Source: Octopus vulgaris
Lineage: Eukaryota
Direction of reading: 5' to 3'
DNA length: 64,000 nucleotides
NCBI GenBank assembly: GCA_951406725.2
Contig: OX597824.1
Coordinates: 73,036,001 to 73,100,000, forward strand
The notes under the pieces were generated by a model, which ran no database searches, had not been told where the DNA came from, and saw only the letters and a list, made by a program, of their open reading frames with translations. The position numbers were made by a program, and so were the translations under genes. Below are positions 14,493-28,339 of the stretch, in pieces (position 1 is the first letter of the stretch; every line of letters begins with the position of its first letter).

Positions 14493-15132
14493 CTAAGCAA
14501 TTAAGGGTTTAGCAACGAATTGCCTTACCACACACCGAATTTAGAAATAGCAGTCAAAGAGATTATAGCTATTTCTTCTACTAAAAGGAGATCACAGTAA
14601 AGGCACAGCATTTGAAAGGCAAACACAAACAGGTAAAAGAGAATGAATTAACGGCAATCTATCATACAGTTTTAAGTCACCTACGGACGTACGTTTCGAG
14701 ATCAAGTCTTAGGAAAGCATAAGGATTAGATAACTCTACTTTACCCATACTTCTTCTTTCATCAGCGCAGGATACAAACAATCATGAATGATTGAATATT
14801 GAATTTTGAGATACTAGAAGGCACCAACTCAACTCAGTATCAGAGCGAGCTAGAAGCCACAGCTAGTATCACCAAATTCAAAGTATGAATGAAAGCTTGT
14901 GTCATCAGTCCCTTCCCACCCGCGTGTAGCCAAGACAAAGTGCTGTGGTCATTTACTGGGATGAATATGGTTTATGAGTAACAATGAAGGGTGAAGTTAA
15001 TTAATTTGGAACAATTATCAATTACACCAAGTAGTCTTCGGCATGTAAAAGCCTCATTCGAGGAAAATTTAAGTAATACTAAGCAATTAAGGGAAACCCT
15101 TAATTGCTTAGTATTACTTAAATTTTCCTCGA
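14492..15132 (-). mobile_element. Hammerhead-bearing non-coding element (Penelope pLTR/retrozyme-like) inserted in a SINE A
   Basis: 16-bp terminal redundancy (14492 and 15078), 36-bp terminal hairpin, hammerhead at 14680-14771; host SINE resumes at about 15131. Confidence 0.7.
14680..14771 (-). ncRNA. Type I hammerhead ribozyme (minimal, palindromic stem III)
   Basis: Minus strand CCTGCG-CTGATGA-[stem II]-GAAAC-GTAC-GTC-CGTAGG; stem I CCTGCG/CGTAGG pairs; GUC cleavage triplet; proximal stem II imperfect. Confidence 0.75.
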
Positions 15133-15264
15133 CTGAACCCGGAACCATGTGGTTGGTAAGCAATCTACTTACCACACAGCCACTCCTGCGCCTCATATGA
15201 ATTTTTTCATCATTTTGGAACTATCAAGTCAATTATCTGGTACTTTCAATTCTCTTTGTTTACA

Positions 15265-15295
<31 letters not shown>

Positions 15296-15829
15296 CTTCT
15301 TCTTCTTCTTCTTCTTCTTCTTCTTCTTCTTCTTCTTCTTCTTCTCCTCCTCCTCCTCCTCCTCCTTTTTCTTCTTCTTAATTTTATTATTATTATTATT
15401 ATTGAGTGAGAGAGCAGCACATGCCATCAGAATAACACTGTACATATACACATAAGGGTACTAAATGAGTACCTATATCGCTCATGATAGAAGTCAAAAA
15501 ATACTTCTATACCACCGAAAAGTCACAGATCTATTACAGACAACATAGGAAAAAATATCAGTGAACAATAATAATGTCTTACCTCAAATGGGTCAGAACA
15601 AGTAAAAGGGAACGCAGTGTAAATAACGGACAGAGTCAAGACTATTGAAAAGGTTGTAAGACGCAATGAAAATTTTAGGAAAATAAGAATAAGAAATAAA
15701 TGGAATTTTTTTCCGGTGAGTGTGTTACATTATAAGGCACAAAAAGAAAATGACTCTCCCCAGACACAACAGAATATGCTTCAACACACGAACTCATATA
15801 AAGAATCTTGCAAACCAAATTCAAAAACG

Positions 15830-15874
<45 letters not shown>

Positions 15875-15904
15875 GACACACGGTGAATATTTTAATATAA
15901 TCTG

Positions 15905-16195
15905 CTCTAAAAACTATTATAGCTCTTCAATATCCTCCCGAAGAACCTAAGAGACCTGCATGGGGTGGATGCAGATGTCTTTAAAATGAAACTGGATCTC
16001 TTCTTGTCAGGTATCCCAGATGAACCAACTTCACGGCAGGAGGTGCAGATGAAGGCAGCTGCATCGAGCTCTCTCATACACCAAATGGCAGTTTCTAAAA
16101 AGCATTCGTGAAGTAAAACCATGTAACAACACCAAATGGCGGTGCCCCAGCATGGCCACAGCTCGTGAGCTGAAACTAGAATCAATCAATCAATC
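15905..16195 (+). mobile_element. CR1-like LINE 3' end
   Basis: LFNILPKNLRDLHGVDADVFKMKLDLFLSGIPDEP followed by a 3' UTR and (AATC)n. Confidence 0.75.
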
Positions 16196-17538
16196 ATAGC
16201 CATCCACCATTATCTGAAAGGGATTGTATTATTCTGTTCCTTACATATACATGTGTAAGCGTATTTCGTTGGTATTTCGGTTTTTCGAATAACTCGTTTT
16301 AACAAAATCAAGAAGCGTAGGACGGGTAGAATGAGGGTAGATGCGCAGGATAAGATTATGCAAGAGCATAACCGGATATTATCGCGTGATATGGAAACAG
16401 AATTTGAATGGAACTTGTAGTCGAATAAATCTTCATTACTGAGAGCTAACCGAGACAAAGTCATGAACCAGATAATGAACCTTGGTGTCAACAGCTAACC
16501 TTCTATTTACGATGCCACAATGACGATTGCTACAACGCAGCAAGTATCTAAGTGGTCACCCGACATGCTAGAAGTAGCAGTGAAAATCTTCAAATCACAT
16601 ATCTATCTTAAATAAGGGAGAACTGCGTTAAATATGTTATGCCTCTGGAAAATATAAAGAAAAAAATAACGGCATGGTCACGGATAGAACGCTTTTAATC
16701 GTAGGATTTAGGGTTAAACTACAACTTAAACTACTACCACCTCCAACAACAACAACAACAACTCTACCACATCAGTACCACCATTACTGTCACCTCCTAA
16801 TAGCAATATCATTAACACCATTACCACAATGACCATCACCACCGACAGGAATATATCACCATCACCCACCACCACCACCACAACCACCACCTCTATATAT
16901 TTGGAAATTCCATCGACGACATTGGGATCCATAAATTCCAATCATTCTAATTAATTTATACTACGGTCACCACTACGACCACCACCACTACCGACGGCAC
17001 CACCACCACCAACAACAACAGTAATACAAGAGCGACGACACTTTATGGCCTTGAAAATCAATGACTAAGGAAAGAAATAATACCCAGGGAGGTCTGCTGT
17101 ACGAAATAATAATAGAAAAGTGGTCTTCAAAATTTCTTATGTAATAAACCAAGAAATTATGATTAATTATAATTGCACTTTTCGTAAGATGAGCGAAATA
17201 ATATTGATTAACTTAATGACTATTCCTACTCAAGAGAATTGGGGAGACAACCGCAGTATTTGCATGAATTATAATTAATTAAAAATGATACAGTGAAAAG
17301 CGAATTTGTCAGTACGGTGACAACTCCGAACATGTTTCGATTTTATTGAATTTCATCAGGAAAGTATAGTACAGCTAGCCATCACTCGTGAGCGAATGTG
17401 GCTTTGGTTAACAAATATCCTGCTTTTGTTAGTTGTTTGAGGTACATTTGCAGTCGCGAGCAGACACAGACAGGTGATAGTGATTTTCCTTTCGGGGGGT
17501 TGATATTGTTCCCGGTGGCGTTGAACCCTCACAAACAT

Positions 17539-17700
17539 GGCGTAGGAGTGGCTGTGTGGTAAGTAGTTTGCTTACGAACCACATGGTTCCGGGTTCAGTC
17601 CCACTGCGTGGCACCTTGGGCAAGTGTCTTCTACTATAGCCTCGGGCCGACCAAAGCCTTGTGAGTGGATTTGGTAGACGGAAACTGAAAGAAGCCCGTC

Positions 17701-17765
<65 letters not shown>

Positions 17766-17975
17766 GTGTGTGTGTGTGTGTGTGTGTCCACCCAACATCG
17801 CTTGACAACCGATGCTGGTGTGTTTGCGTCCCTGTAACTTAGTAGTTTGGCAAAAGAGACCGATAGAATATGTACTAGGCTTACAAAGAATAAGTCCTGG
17901 GGTCGATTTGTTCGACTAAACCATTCAGCGCACTACACCAGCATGGCCGCAGTCAAATGACTGAAACAAATAATA
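17539..17975 (+). mobile_element. SINE family A full copy
   Basis: Head GGCGTAGGAGTGGCTGTGTGGTAAG..GGTTCAGTCCC; block GCACCTTGGGCAAGTGTCTT; internal TA/TG tract; tail CCAGCATGGCCGCAGTCAAATGACTGAAAC. Confidence 0.9.
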
Positions 17976-18467
17976 GATCAAATGATGAAAGAATATAGTC
18001 TCAAATGCAATGCGAGGGTAAAAATCTATATAGACGGCTGGATGGTCACAGATGGAACACATTTAACCACAGGTTAACAGGATCAGGGCAAACATGGGCT
18101 ACTCAATAACAATAACTGGTACTTCGTCGCTTACGACGATGAGGGTTCCAGTTGGTTGGATCAATGGAACAGCCTGTTCGTGAAATTTACATGCGAGTGG
18201 CTGAGCACTCCACAGACACGTGTATCCTTACTGTAATTCTCAGGGAGATTCAGCATGGCAGAATGTGACAAGGCTGGCCCTTTAAATTACAGGTACTATT
18301 AATTTTTGCCAGCTGAGTAAACTGGAGCAACATGAAATAAAGTGTCGTTCATAAGAACACAACGCCTCGCCGGGTATTGAAATCATGACTTTACGATCGT
18401 GGGCCGAATACCATAACCACTAGGCCACGCAACTGTACATGCATACAAACATAAATAGATACACAAG

Positions 18468-18880
18468 GCGGCGAGCTGGCAGAAACGTTAGCACGCCGGG
18501 CGAAATGCTTAGCGGTATTTCGTCTGTCGTTACGTTCTGAGTTCAAATTCCGCCGAGGTCGACTTTACCTTTCACCCTTTCGGGGTCGATTAAATAAGTA
18601 CCAGTTACACACTGGGGTCGATCTAATCGACTTAATCCGTTTGTCTGTCCTTGTTTGTCCTCTCTGTGTTTAGCCCCTTGTGGGTAGTAAAGAAATAGGT
18701 ATTTCATCTGCCGCTACGTTCTGAGTTCAAATTCCAACGAGGTCGACTTTGCCTTTCATCCTTTCGGGGTCGATTAAATAAGTACCAGTTACGCACTGGG
18801 GTCGATATAATCGAGTTAATCCGTTTGTCTGTCATTGTTTGTCCCTTCTATGTTTAGCCCCTTGTGGGTAATAAAAAAAA
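18468..18880 (+). mobile_element. SINE family B, one head with two tandem bodies
   Basis: GGCGGCGAGCTGGCAGAAACGTTAGCACGCCGGG head; body of about 185 bp present twice. Confidence 0.85.
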
Positions 18881-19637
18881 ATAAAACATAAATAGATACG
18901 CACACACACAGTCCAGCTAGCAGAGCGGGGAGTACGAGTCTGGATAGAGACACAAAAATGAGGTACACTTATATATTGTGTATTAAGATAAACTTGCTCA
19001 AGGACAAAACACGTCGCTGAATATCGAACTCACGGCCACTAAACCATGCGCCTTCACAGTAACGATAACAATCGCAATAACAGCGTTTTGTTCATGCATT
19101 TTTTACACGATTTAGAATTTAGATTAGAAAGGGCCAAGCCAATCATACTTTATTTATTATTATTATTTTTTTGTTAGTGTTTTAGAGCCTCGGAGTTTGA
19201 TGATGAGAATATAGAGGGAAGTTATTCATAGAAAACAAATTTGGCTCGTATGCATACAGCAAAATGGAGTCCGCTAATGGCGCGGATGAAGTCGGAAATC
19301 ACTTTTTCATGTCAGATATATTACTCGTTTACCATAAAGTCAATATATCACTTGCAAAACTTGATGTATGCACATGGATACACAGACAAATAAATAACAA
19401 AACGAAACAAAACAAAACAAAACTAATCAATAAATACATAGAAACCCTTGTTGGCCGATTGACCAACTTAACGCTTTTCATCAGAAAACTCTACTGGACA
19501 AACGCTATATAAATATATAATAAATATGTCGGAAATCAATAAAATAAATTTTGTGAAACAGTATAGAACTGGAAAATAATACATACATACATATGCATAC
19601 ATGTATACGCACAGACACAAACACACACACACACGCG

Positions 19638-20290
<653 letters not shown>

Positions 20291-20351
20291 CTTTACTCTT
20301 TTTACTTGTTTCAGTCATTTGACTGCGGCCATGCTCTATATATTTATATAT

Positions 20352-20465
<114 letters not shown>

Positions 20466-20484
20466 TATACATATATATATATAA

Positions 20485-20535
<51 letters not shown>

Positions 20536-20850
20536 CATATATATGTATATATATACATACATGTATATATATGTGTGTACAGAGAGAGAGAGAGAGAGAT
20601 GGAAAGGCGTATATGTGTATGTATTTGTGTGTGTGTGTGTGTGTGTGTGTACGTGCGTGTGATAATTGATAAATAAAAACAACAAAAACTTGGAGCTGTT
20701 AAAAGGTAACTTATAAACACTAGCTAGGTAAAATGATATTTCCCCGGATATCAATGGTTAGCAACAAGCAACAAGCTTGTGTGTGCGTGCGTGCATGTGT
20801 GTGTGTACGTGTATGTTTCCATTTGTGTCTGTGAGTGTACACGTGTATGA

Positions 20851-20949
<99 letters not shown>

Positions 20950-21185
20950 TATACAAACATACATTTACACACGCACACGCACACATATATGCCTATATAC
21001 ATATATCTATTATACGCAGCGCGCGCACACACACACATACATACATACACACATACATACATACATACATACATACATACATACATACATAAATACATAC
21101 ATACATACACACACATATAATACGTAATGTGTATATATATGTACGTAGCATGTATATGTATGTATGTATATTATATATATATATG

Positions 21186-21309
<124 letters not shown>

Positions 21310-21318
21310 TAGACAGAG

Positions 21319-21385
<67 letters not shown>

Positions 21386-21599
21386 CAGGCATTTCCGTGT
21401 CAGTGTATAAGTGAGTGTTTATGCTTGTGTCAAATAATTTAAACCAATGGGGAAAAAAAACTCAAATTAAAATGCTGCGTCGCATGAATTTATCAAAATG
21501 CTGGATTAACAATCCAATACATTACTAGCGAGTTTCACCGTCCATCGATTAGTTAGATAAGGATATGGAAACTACATTTATTCTGTAGTAGAATACATG

Positions 21600-22015
21600 G
21601 GCGCAGGAGTGGCTGTGTGGTAAGTGAGCTTGTTTACCAACCACATGGTTCCGGGTTCATTCCCACTGCGTGGCAGCTTGGGCAAGTGTCTTCTACTATA
21701 GCCTCGGGCCGACCAAAGCCTTGTGAGTGGATTTGGTAACGGAAACTGAAAGAAGCCCGTCGTATATATGTATATATATATATATATGTATCTGCGTGTA
21801 TGTTTGTGTGTCTGTGTTTGTCCCCCTAGCATTGCTTGACAACCGATGCTAGTGTGTTTACGTCGCCGTCACTTAGCGGTTCGGCAAAAAAGAGACCGAT
21901 AGAATAAGTACTGGGCTTACAAAGAATAAGTACTTGGGTCGATTTGCTCGACTAAAGGCGGTGCTCCAGCATGGCCGCAGTCAAATGACTGAAACAAGTA
22001 AAAGAGTAAAGAGTA
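21600..22015 (+). mobile_element. SINE family A full copy
   Basis: Same structure as 17539. Confidence 0.9.
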
Positions 22016-22036
22016 TACACTTTTGTGTGTGTGTGT

Positions 22037-22100
<64 letters not shown>

Positions 22101-22354
22101 CTGCATGTATGTACATATGTAGGTATGTTCTCGATTCTGATTTTAATTACTTGAAGTCTTCCTGTAAGGGAGGAGCCGATTTCTAACAAAGATGCAAAGC
22201 TCCATCGTTGAAATGCAGATAACAAAACAATGTCATTTTGAACTTGAGAAGGTCCTGTTTTACTGTTGCGCATGTAGATTGCATTTGTAAGGTTTATGTA
22301 TGTATGTATGTATGTATGTATGTATGTATGTATGTATGTATGTATGTATGTATG

Positions 22355-22388
<34 letters not shown>

Positions 22389-22780
22389 CTAGCAGTATCG
22401 CCCGGCGTTGCTCGGGTTTGTTTCGACCCTTTAGAATTGGAATTTTTGAAAAGTAAAAATGTTGCATTATGTAGCTTGTTATTCTCTTTAAGTGAACATT
22501 TTTCTGGTTGAGATACACAGAAAAATGGCGACACAGCAGTCAAAAAATCGTACAAAATAGGGATTTTCATAGAAAAAAAAGCACCTTTTTGACGTAAATA
22601 ATTTTTGGTGTTAACATGGTCCGATTTGAATTTTTCTTCTGCGGAATGAAGAGCAAGCCTTCTTCTATCATACTATCAATTTTGGTCAACTTGCGCCGCA
22701 GGGTCTCGGAGGAGATTGTGTTATTTGAAGGCTACCAAACCTGCCATACACAGACAACTTCAGCTTTATATATATAGAGA
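22389..22780 (-). mobile_element. Non-autonomous Helitron
   Basis: Minus strand begins TCTCTATATATATAAAG and ends with hairpin CCCGAGCAACGCCGGG then CTAG; inserted between A and T with no TSD. Confidence 0.88.
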
Positions 22781-22904
22781 TGTATGTATGTATGTATGTA
22801 TGTATGTATGTATGTATGTATGTGTGTGTGTGTGTGTATGTGTGCGTGCGTGTGTGCGTGTGTGTGTATGTGTGTGTGTGTGCTTGCGCGTGCCTGTCTG
22901 TCAT

Positions 22905-23215
22905 TGTTCAGTTTTATTTCAAGATTTCTTGCCAATAGAGAAAGAGGCGGTTTGTAACCTTGATCCATTCATTGGAATTTCAGCATCAACAACAGAGTAT
23001 TATTGTTTGTACGTGTATGTGCGAATTTATATGTTTTGTTTTATGAATGTATTCTCATGCATACAGTTGCTTATCTAGATATGCTCAAATATATTTAAAT
23101 GATAGACTTCTGGAATGTTTTACAGATTTTTACAGTTCCAATGATGGAATGGATCTGTAGTCTTCCAATCAGCTTTCTCCTTTCTGATTTCGAGAAGCCT
23201 CTTCCCCTGCTCCAA
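22905..23215 (-). mobile_element. RLE-type LINE 3' end, same family as 29780-30400
   Basis: 3' UTR similar to that at 29780; peptide RKLIGRLQIHSIIGTVKICKTF. Confidence 0.6.
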
Positions 23216-23219
23216 AGAT

Positions 23220-23757
23220 GGCCAATGTCATTGTAGGGAAGGTGGTGGCGAAAGGTATTGTATTTATTGACTATCTTCAAAATAGCCACACCATCAATAA
23301 AGATTACTAAGCCAACTTGTTGAGACAATTATAAAAGACCAACAAAACCAAACGCAGAGGAAAACTGACGAAAGAGGTCTTGTTCCATCAGGACAATGCT
23401 CCAGCGCTCATGTTCTTGGTATAATTGACTGCTGTGCGTGACTGTGGCTTTGAACTGGCTAATCATCGTCCCCATTCCCTTGATTTGGCCCCATGCGGCT
23501 AACATCTGTTCCCTAACATAAAAAAAAACTCATGGCTGGGAACCAGTATCGCAGTGACGATGACGTCATATCTGTTGCTGATGACATTTTTGATCAACGG
23601 GACGAAAGCTTCTTCGGCAATGGGATCCAAGCACTACAATACCGACTGAAGAAGTGTGTGGACCGCAAGGAGGACTATGTTGAAAAATAAACGTCATTTG
23701 GTTACATTTCATGTAAGTTGTTGGTCAGCCCATGAACTTTTCCGCCGCCCAACCTGT
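23220..23757 (+). mobile_element. Mariner (D,D34D) 3' half, pseudogenised
   Basis: GIVFIDYLQ..VLFHQDNAP..HRPHSLDLAPCG*HLFP..KCVDRKEDYVEK*; right TIR remnant. Confidence 0.88.
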
Positions 23758-23879
23758 ATATATGTTCATTTGGATATATAATATTACTTTTTTAATTTAT
23801 AAACACAGAATGAACTATGCATAACTTTAACAGTGTAAATGTAGCTCAATATAATTATCAATATAAATAAGGATAACTT

Positions 23880-24690
23880 GTTCCATGGCAATTGCAATCT
23901 GCCATACGATGTAATGTCAATGAATATTCGAGGATCGTTCGCTTTTTATCTTTTGGCTGTCGAAATGGTCTCCATAAGATTATTTAAGGCAAGCTCGAGA
24001 TGTTTCCTGGACGTCGTTATTTTGTCTCATTGGATCGAGAATCGCTAAAAAATGTAATTCATTTAAATTTTGAAATTGTATCTCAATTTGCTCACAAATT
24101 AAATCTATAATTTTGTAGAACAGCTGTCTGCATCTTTCTTCTTGTTTCAAACGCATTTTTTCTTTTCTTCATTTGAAGATAAATACCATCAACGTTAGCC
24201 CAAATTTTAGAAAATCCATGCTTTTTTTCTTTCACAATTACATTTACTTTACGAATACAGTAGGATATGTAAAATGTTTTTTTTTTCTGGAGGATGTCAA
24301 ATGCTGTATTTGTGTAAATAAAAATATCTCCAAGCACATGTAACACAATTTTGTAAATTAGAATACAACGCCTGAGCATAGGTATAGCTTTCCGTGTCCC
24401 ATTTACTTGAATTATCAATGGTGTTTAGGAATAAATCAGCAAGTTGCTCATGATATTCACGAACTGTTTCTGCCAACGAATGATTCAAGTTTCAGCAAGC
24501 TGGCGCCACTTTTGGAAAACGCTTTTTAATTTCAGTATCTAATAGATGAACGCGTTTGTTTGACACACAAAAAAATAACGGAAAAGACTTTATCTGTGAA
24601 AAAGACTTATCGCCTTCTTGAATATTTGCAGCCGCTTGAGACAGAACTAGATTTAATCTATGGTCCATACAATGAACAAAAAAAGGGTGT
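23880..24690 (-). pseudogene. hAT transposase relic
   Basis: FFVHCMDHRLNLVLSQA (hAT CxxH motif) and frameshifted downstream peptide fragments. Confidence 0.7.
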
Positions 24691-25200
24691 TCTGTAATTT
24701 AAAAAAGTATAAAAATATTAGCTGAATAAACGCAGAAAACTACGCGGGTGTAATCTTTTCACCGTTTTTCTGATGGAAGCAGAATGTCGACTTGCTTCAC
24801 TTTTCCTATGTAAGATTATATATATCATAGGTATTGTGAATTGACTGAAAGTTAATCTAAGCGTATAAGTATTTATTAGCATCTAGAACTATTCGTTATC
24901 AACTCTTACTGGCATATGAATCGGGGCAAAAAATGTTAAAATATTATACCGAAAAGGATGCAACAGCTCACGTTGCTTCCCTTGCAGACTTTTTGTGTCT
25001 GCCACTGATTGTCGTCTCATGCTAATTCCGACAATAAAAGTCTGAAGCCTATGATGTCATGTAGTTTATATTAATTTTACGAACAATTGAAAGAACGATC
25101 TTGTGAAAAATAAGTAATATAGTTTCAATTTCGTTTCTATAATTTTTTTAGGGAGGCATTGCTTCCTTTGCTTCCATGGACCGCAGGCCTATGATATATA

Positions 25201-26482
25201 CAGGGGTTGGGCAACATAATGGAAACACCTTAAAATTTCAAACGAATTAATTTTAATATGGGGTAGGACCGCCTTTGGCAGTAATTACAGCTTGAATTCT
25301 ACGAGCTATGGACTCGTACGAAGTTTGAATTGTTTCCAAAGGAATATTTGTCCATTCTTTAGCTAAAACAGTCTCCAATTCTTGTAGTGATGATGGTGGA
25401 GGATATCGACTCCTTACTTGTTTTTCTAAACTGCACCATAAATGTTCAATAATATTGAGATCTGGGGACTGTGGTGGCTAGATAAGATGTTCAACTTCAC
25501 TAGAATGTTCCTCGTACCATTCATTAACAGCTTTAGCTGTGTGAATTGATGCATTATCATCCTGAAAAATTGCGTTTCCATCCAGAAACAGTTCCGCAAC
25601 TATAGGATGAATTTGATCAGAAAAAATGCTTAAATTGTCTTGACTATTAATTCTGCCATGAAGGGGAACCATTGGACCGGCGGATTTCCAAGATATAGCT
25701 CCCCAGATTATCACTGATGCTCCTCCATGTTTAACAGTTGGAAGAAGGCAGTCTGGGTCAAATGCTTCTTTTGGCTGTCTCCACACATATTCTCGGCTGG
25801 TGGTCGGAAATAAGGCAAAGGATAACTCGTTCAAAAAAAAAAATAACATTCTTCCTTTGCTCTAGGAACCAATTCTGTAGGTTTTTATTCCACTCTAAAT
25901 GCTTTGCAACGTTTGTTTTGAAAGTAGTGGTTTTCTGATTGCAGCTCTCCCATGAAATCCGGCTTTTTGCAGCTTCCGGCAAACAGTTTTTTTTAATAGA
26001 AACTGGGTTCTTGAGGTTGTCATTAAGCTCTGCAGTAATTTTGGGAGCTGTACTTTGGTTATCCTTTCTAACAATTCCCGTAAGAGACCCACGGTCCCTA
26101 TCTGAAGGTTTTGTTTTTCTTCCGGAGTTTTGTTTCGACGAGGAGGTTTTTCCCTCTTTCTCAAAGGCTGTCATCACTTTCGAGACAGTACTTTTTGATA
26201 TACCAAACATTTCGGCTGTTTTCGTTACGTTAGAGCCTGCCATTGAAACACGAACAATTTGACCTCTTTGAAAGTCCGATAGATCTGTCATTTTACTGAA
26301 TTTTAATTACTTTTTTCTGATGATGTCTGAAAAGAAACAGCAATTTTAGCAAAACATATTAAGCAACACGATTAATAATAAATTAAAAGCGTAAAAATAA
26401 ACAAGCTTTTGACGGTTTTATAGATATTTCAAAATGATGATGCTATGATGCTAGGTGTTTCCATTATTTTGTCCAACCCCTG
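25201..26482 (-). mobile_element. Full-length Tc1-like transposon (about 1.28 kb), transposase frameshifted
   Basis: TIRs CAGGGGTTGG(G/A)CAA(C/A)ATAATGGAAACACCT, TA TSD; MTDLSDFQRGQIV..SGRK; TVKHGG..WGAI; FQDDNA; *PPQSPDLNIIEHLW. Confidence 0.95.
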
Positions 26483-26527
26483 TATATGTATACACTAAAT
26501 ACTGCTTCTCACAGCTAATTATGCAGA

Positions 26528-26685
26528 ATGCAGTTGAGAAGTGAAGATAATCTGGAAGTTTGCTATGCAATGAAATTTTGCGCTGAAGTGCGCAAAAATA
26601 CAGAAACTTATAAAATGCTCCAGACTTCTTATGGACTAACTTGGAGCCAAGCATGTTTTTCACTAGCACAAGAGGTTTTCTTCAA
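26528..26685 (+). pseudogene. Mariner transposase N-terminal fragment
   Basis: YAMKFC..KNTETYKMLQTSYG resembles the mariner HTH region. Confidence 0.55.
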
Positions 26686-27277
26686 ACGTATATTATATAC
26701 TTTGTATATACATATTTTACTTTTTCACTGCAAAATTAAATTTTATAGCTATTCCAGCAATGATGTTAAAAATCTACAAATATATATATAGTATTTACTG
26801 CAAGTCACGTTCTCTCAATAAACTTGATACACCCGAAACGAAAGTAGTTTCGAATATGACGTTCCTCAACAAAAGATGGATTGATATATAAAACTGCTTT
26901 CCGCATTTAAGGGTAATGAAAATTTGAGTGGATATATTAGCTTATATTGTTCGCCGGAAATAATACAAACAACAGCGTCTATTATATGTCAAGTGGAATA
27001 TATAATACAACGGAAGTTCACTGAGCAATGGAAAGCACGCGCTTCATCTTCATCATTTTCTTTCTACGTTTTCAACTAGCTGAGTGTGCTAACATCTTTA
27101 CGTCGCACAAAACATTTAGACCCGAGATATGGTATTCATTTGAACATTCATATATGCATGTGTGTGTGTATATGTTTGTTATATATGGGTGTGAGTATTT
27201 GAGTGAGTGAGTGTGTGTATGTCTGTATATATATAAATGTTTGTGTATATGTGTGTGTATATGTAAATACATCTATG

Positions 27278-27338
<61 letters not shown>

Positions 27339-27402
27339 CACATACATACGTGTAAATATGTATGTATGTGTGTATAGATATATGTATATATATGTATAAA
27401 TG

Positions 27403-27477
<75 letters not shown>

Positions 27478-28226
27478 TATATGCATATACATATATGTTA
27501 TACATATATCTATAAGTCCCGGGGTCGATTTGCTCGACTAAAGGCGGTGCTCCAGCATGGCCGCAGTCAAATGACTGAAACAAGTAAAAGAGTAAAAGAG
27601 TATATATATATTATTTGTTTCAGTCATCTGACTGACATAACCTATATCTTCGAGCATAGGTTAAATCTAAATTTCTTTATGTACTTTTAGTGGAAAAAGA
27701 CTGCGTACGGAATGAAAAATTTTGAATTTCTACTTTAGCTAAACAAACATACTCACACACACATGGATACACACATATGTATAAGTATATACATTAATAA
27801 TGATTTTGAATTTGAGGATACATATTGTAGTATGTCGTTTAAAGCCCGTTCACCGTATTTGTCTATCTGATTTCATCAGCAGGATGGATTTAAACGCCGC
27901 TGGACTTAATTCAAAATTCTTTAGTGTCTGTAGAGTTTATAACATATGAGAGAAAGAGAAAGAAAGTGGAATTAACGAGATTCTTTATTAGTCATTACGA
28001 TTATTTCAACTCATTGTGAATCGGTCCCTCGGGGGTGAGATTCTGCATAAATATTTGTAATACATCATTCGATGCAGATGTGCTTTGTCAGGTGACTTGT
28101 CAAAAGGCATCTCGTTCTTTAATTTCAGTTTTGCTTATTTCGATGAGAACACATTTTGACAGACATACAGACAGGCAGGCAGGCAGGCAGGCAGACAGAC
28201 ACACATACATACATACATACATACAT

Positions 28227-28329
<103 letters not shown>

Positions 28330-28339
28330 TACACTTCCT

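Noticed and set aside
16280-16500. Protein-like plus-strand reading (RMRVDAQDKIMQEHNRILSRDME)
   Set aside because: In-frame stop, no recognisable family and no clear splice signals
25260-26291. Active Tc1 transposase CDS
   Set aside because: At least two frameshifts, a stop before the SPDLN motif, and the first catalytic D appears as N
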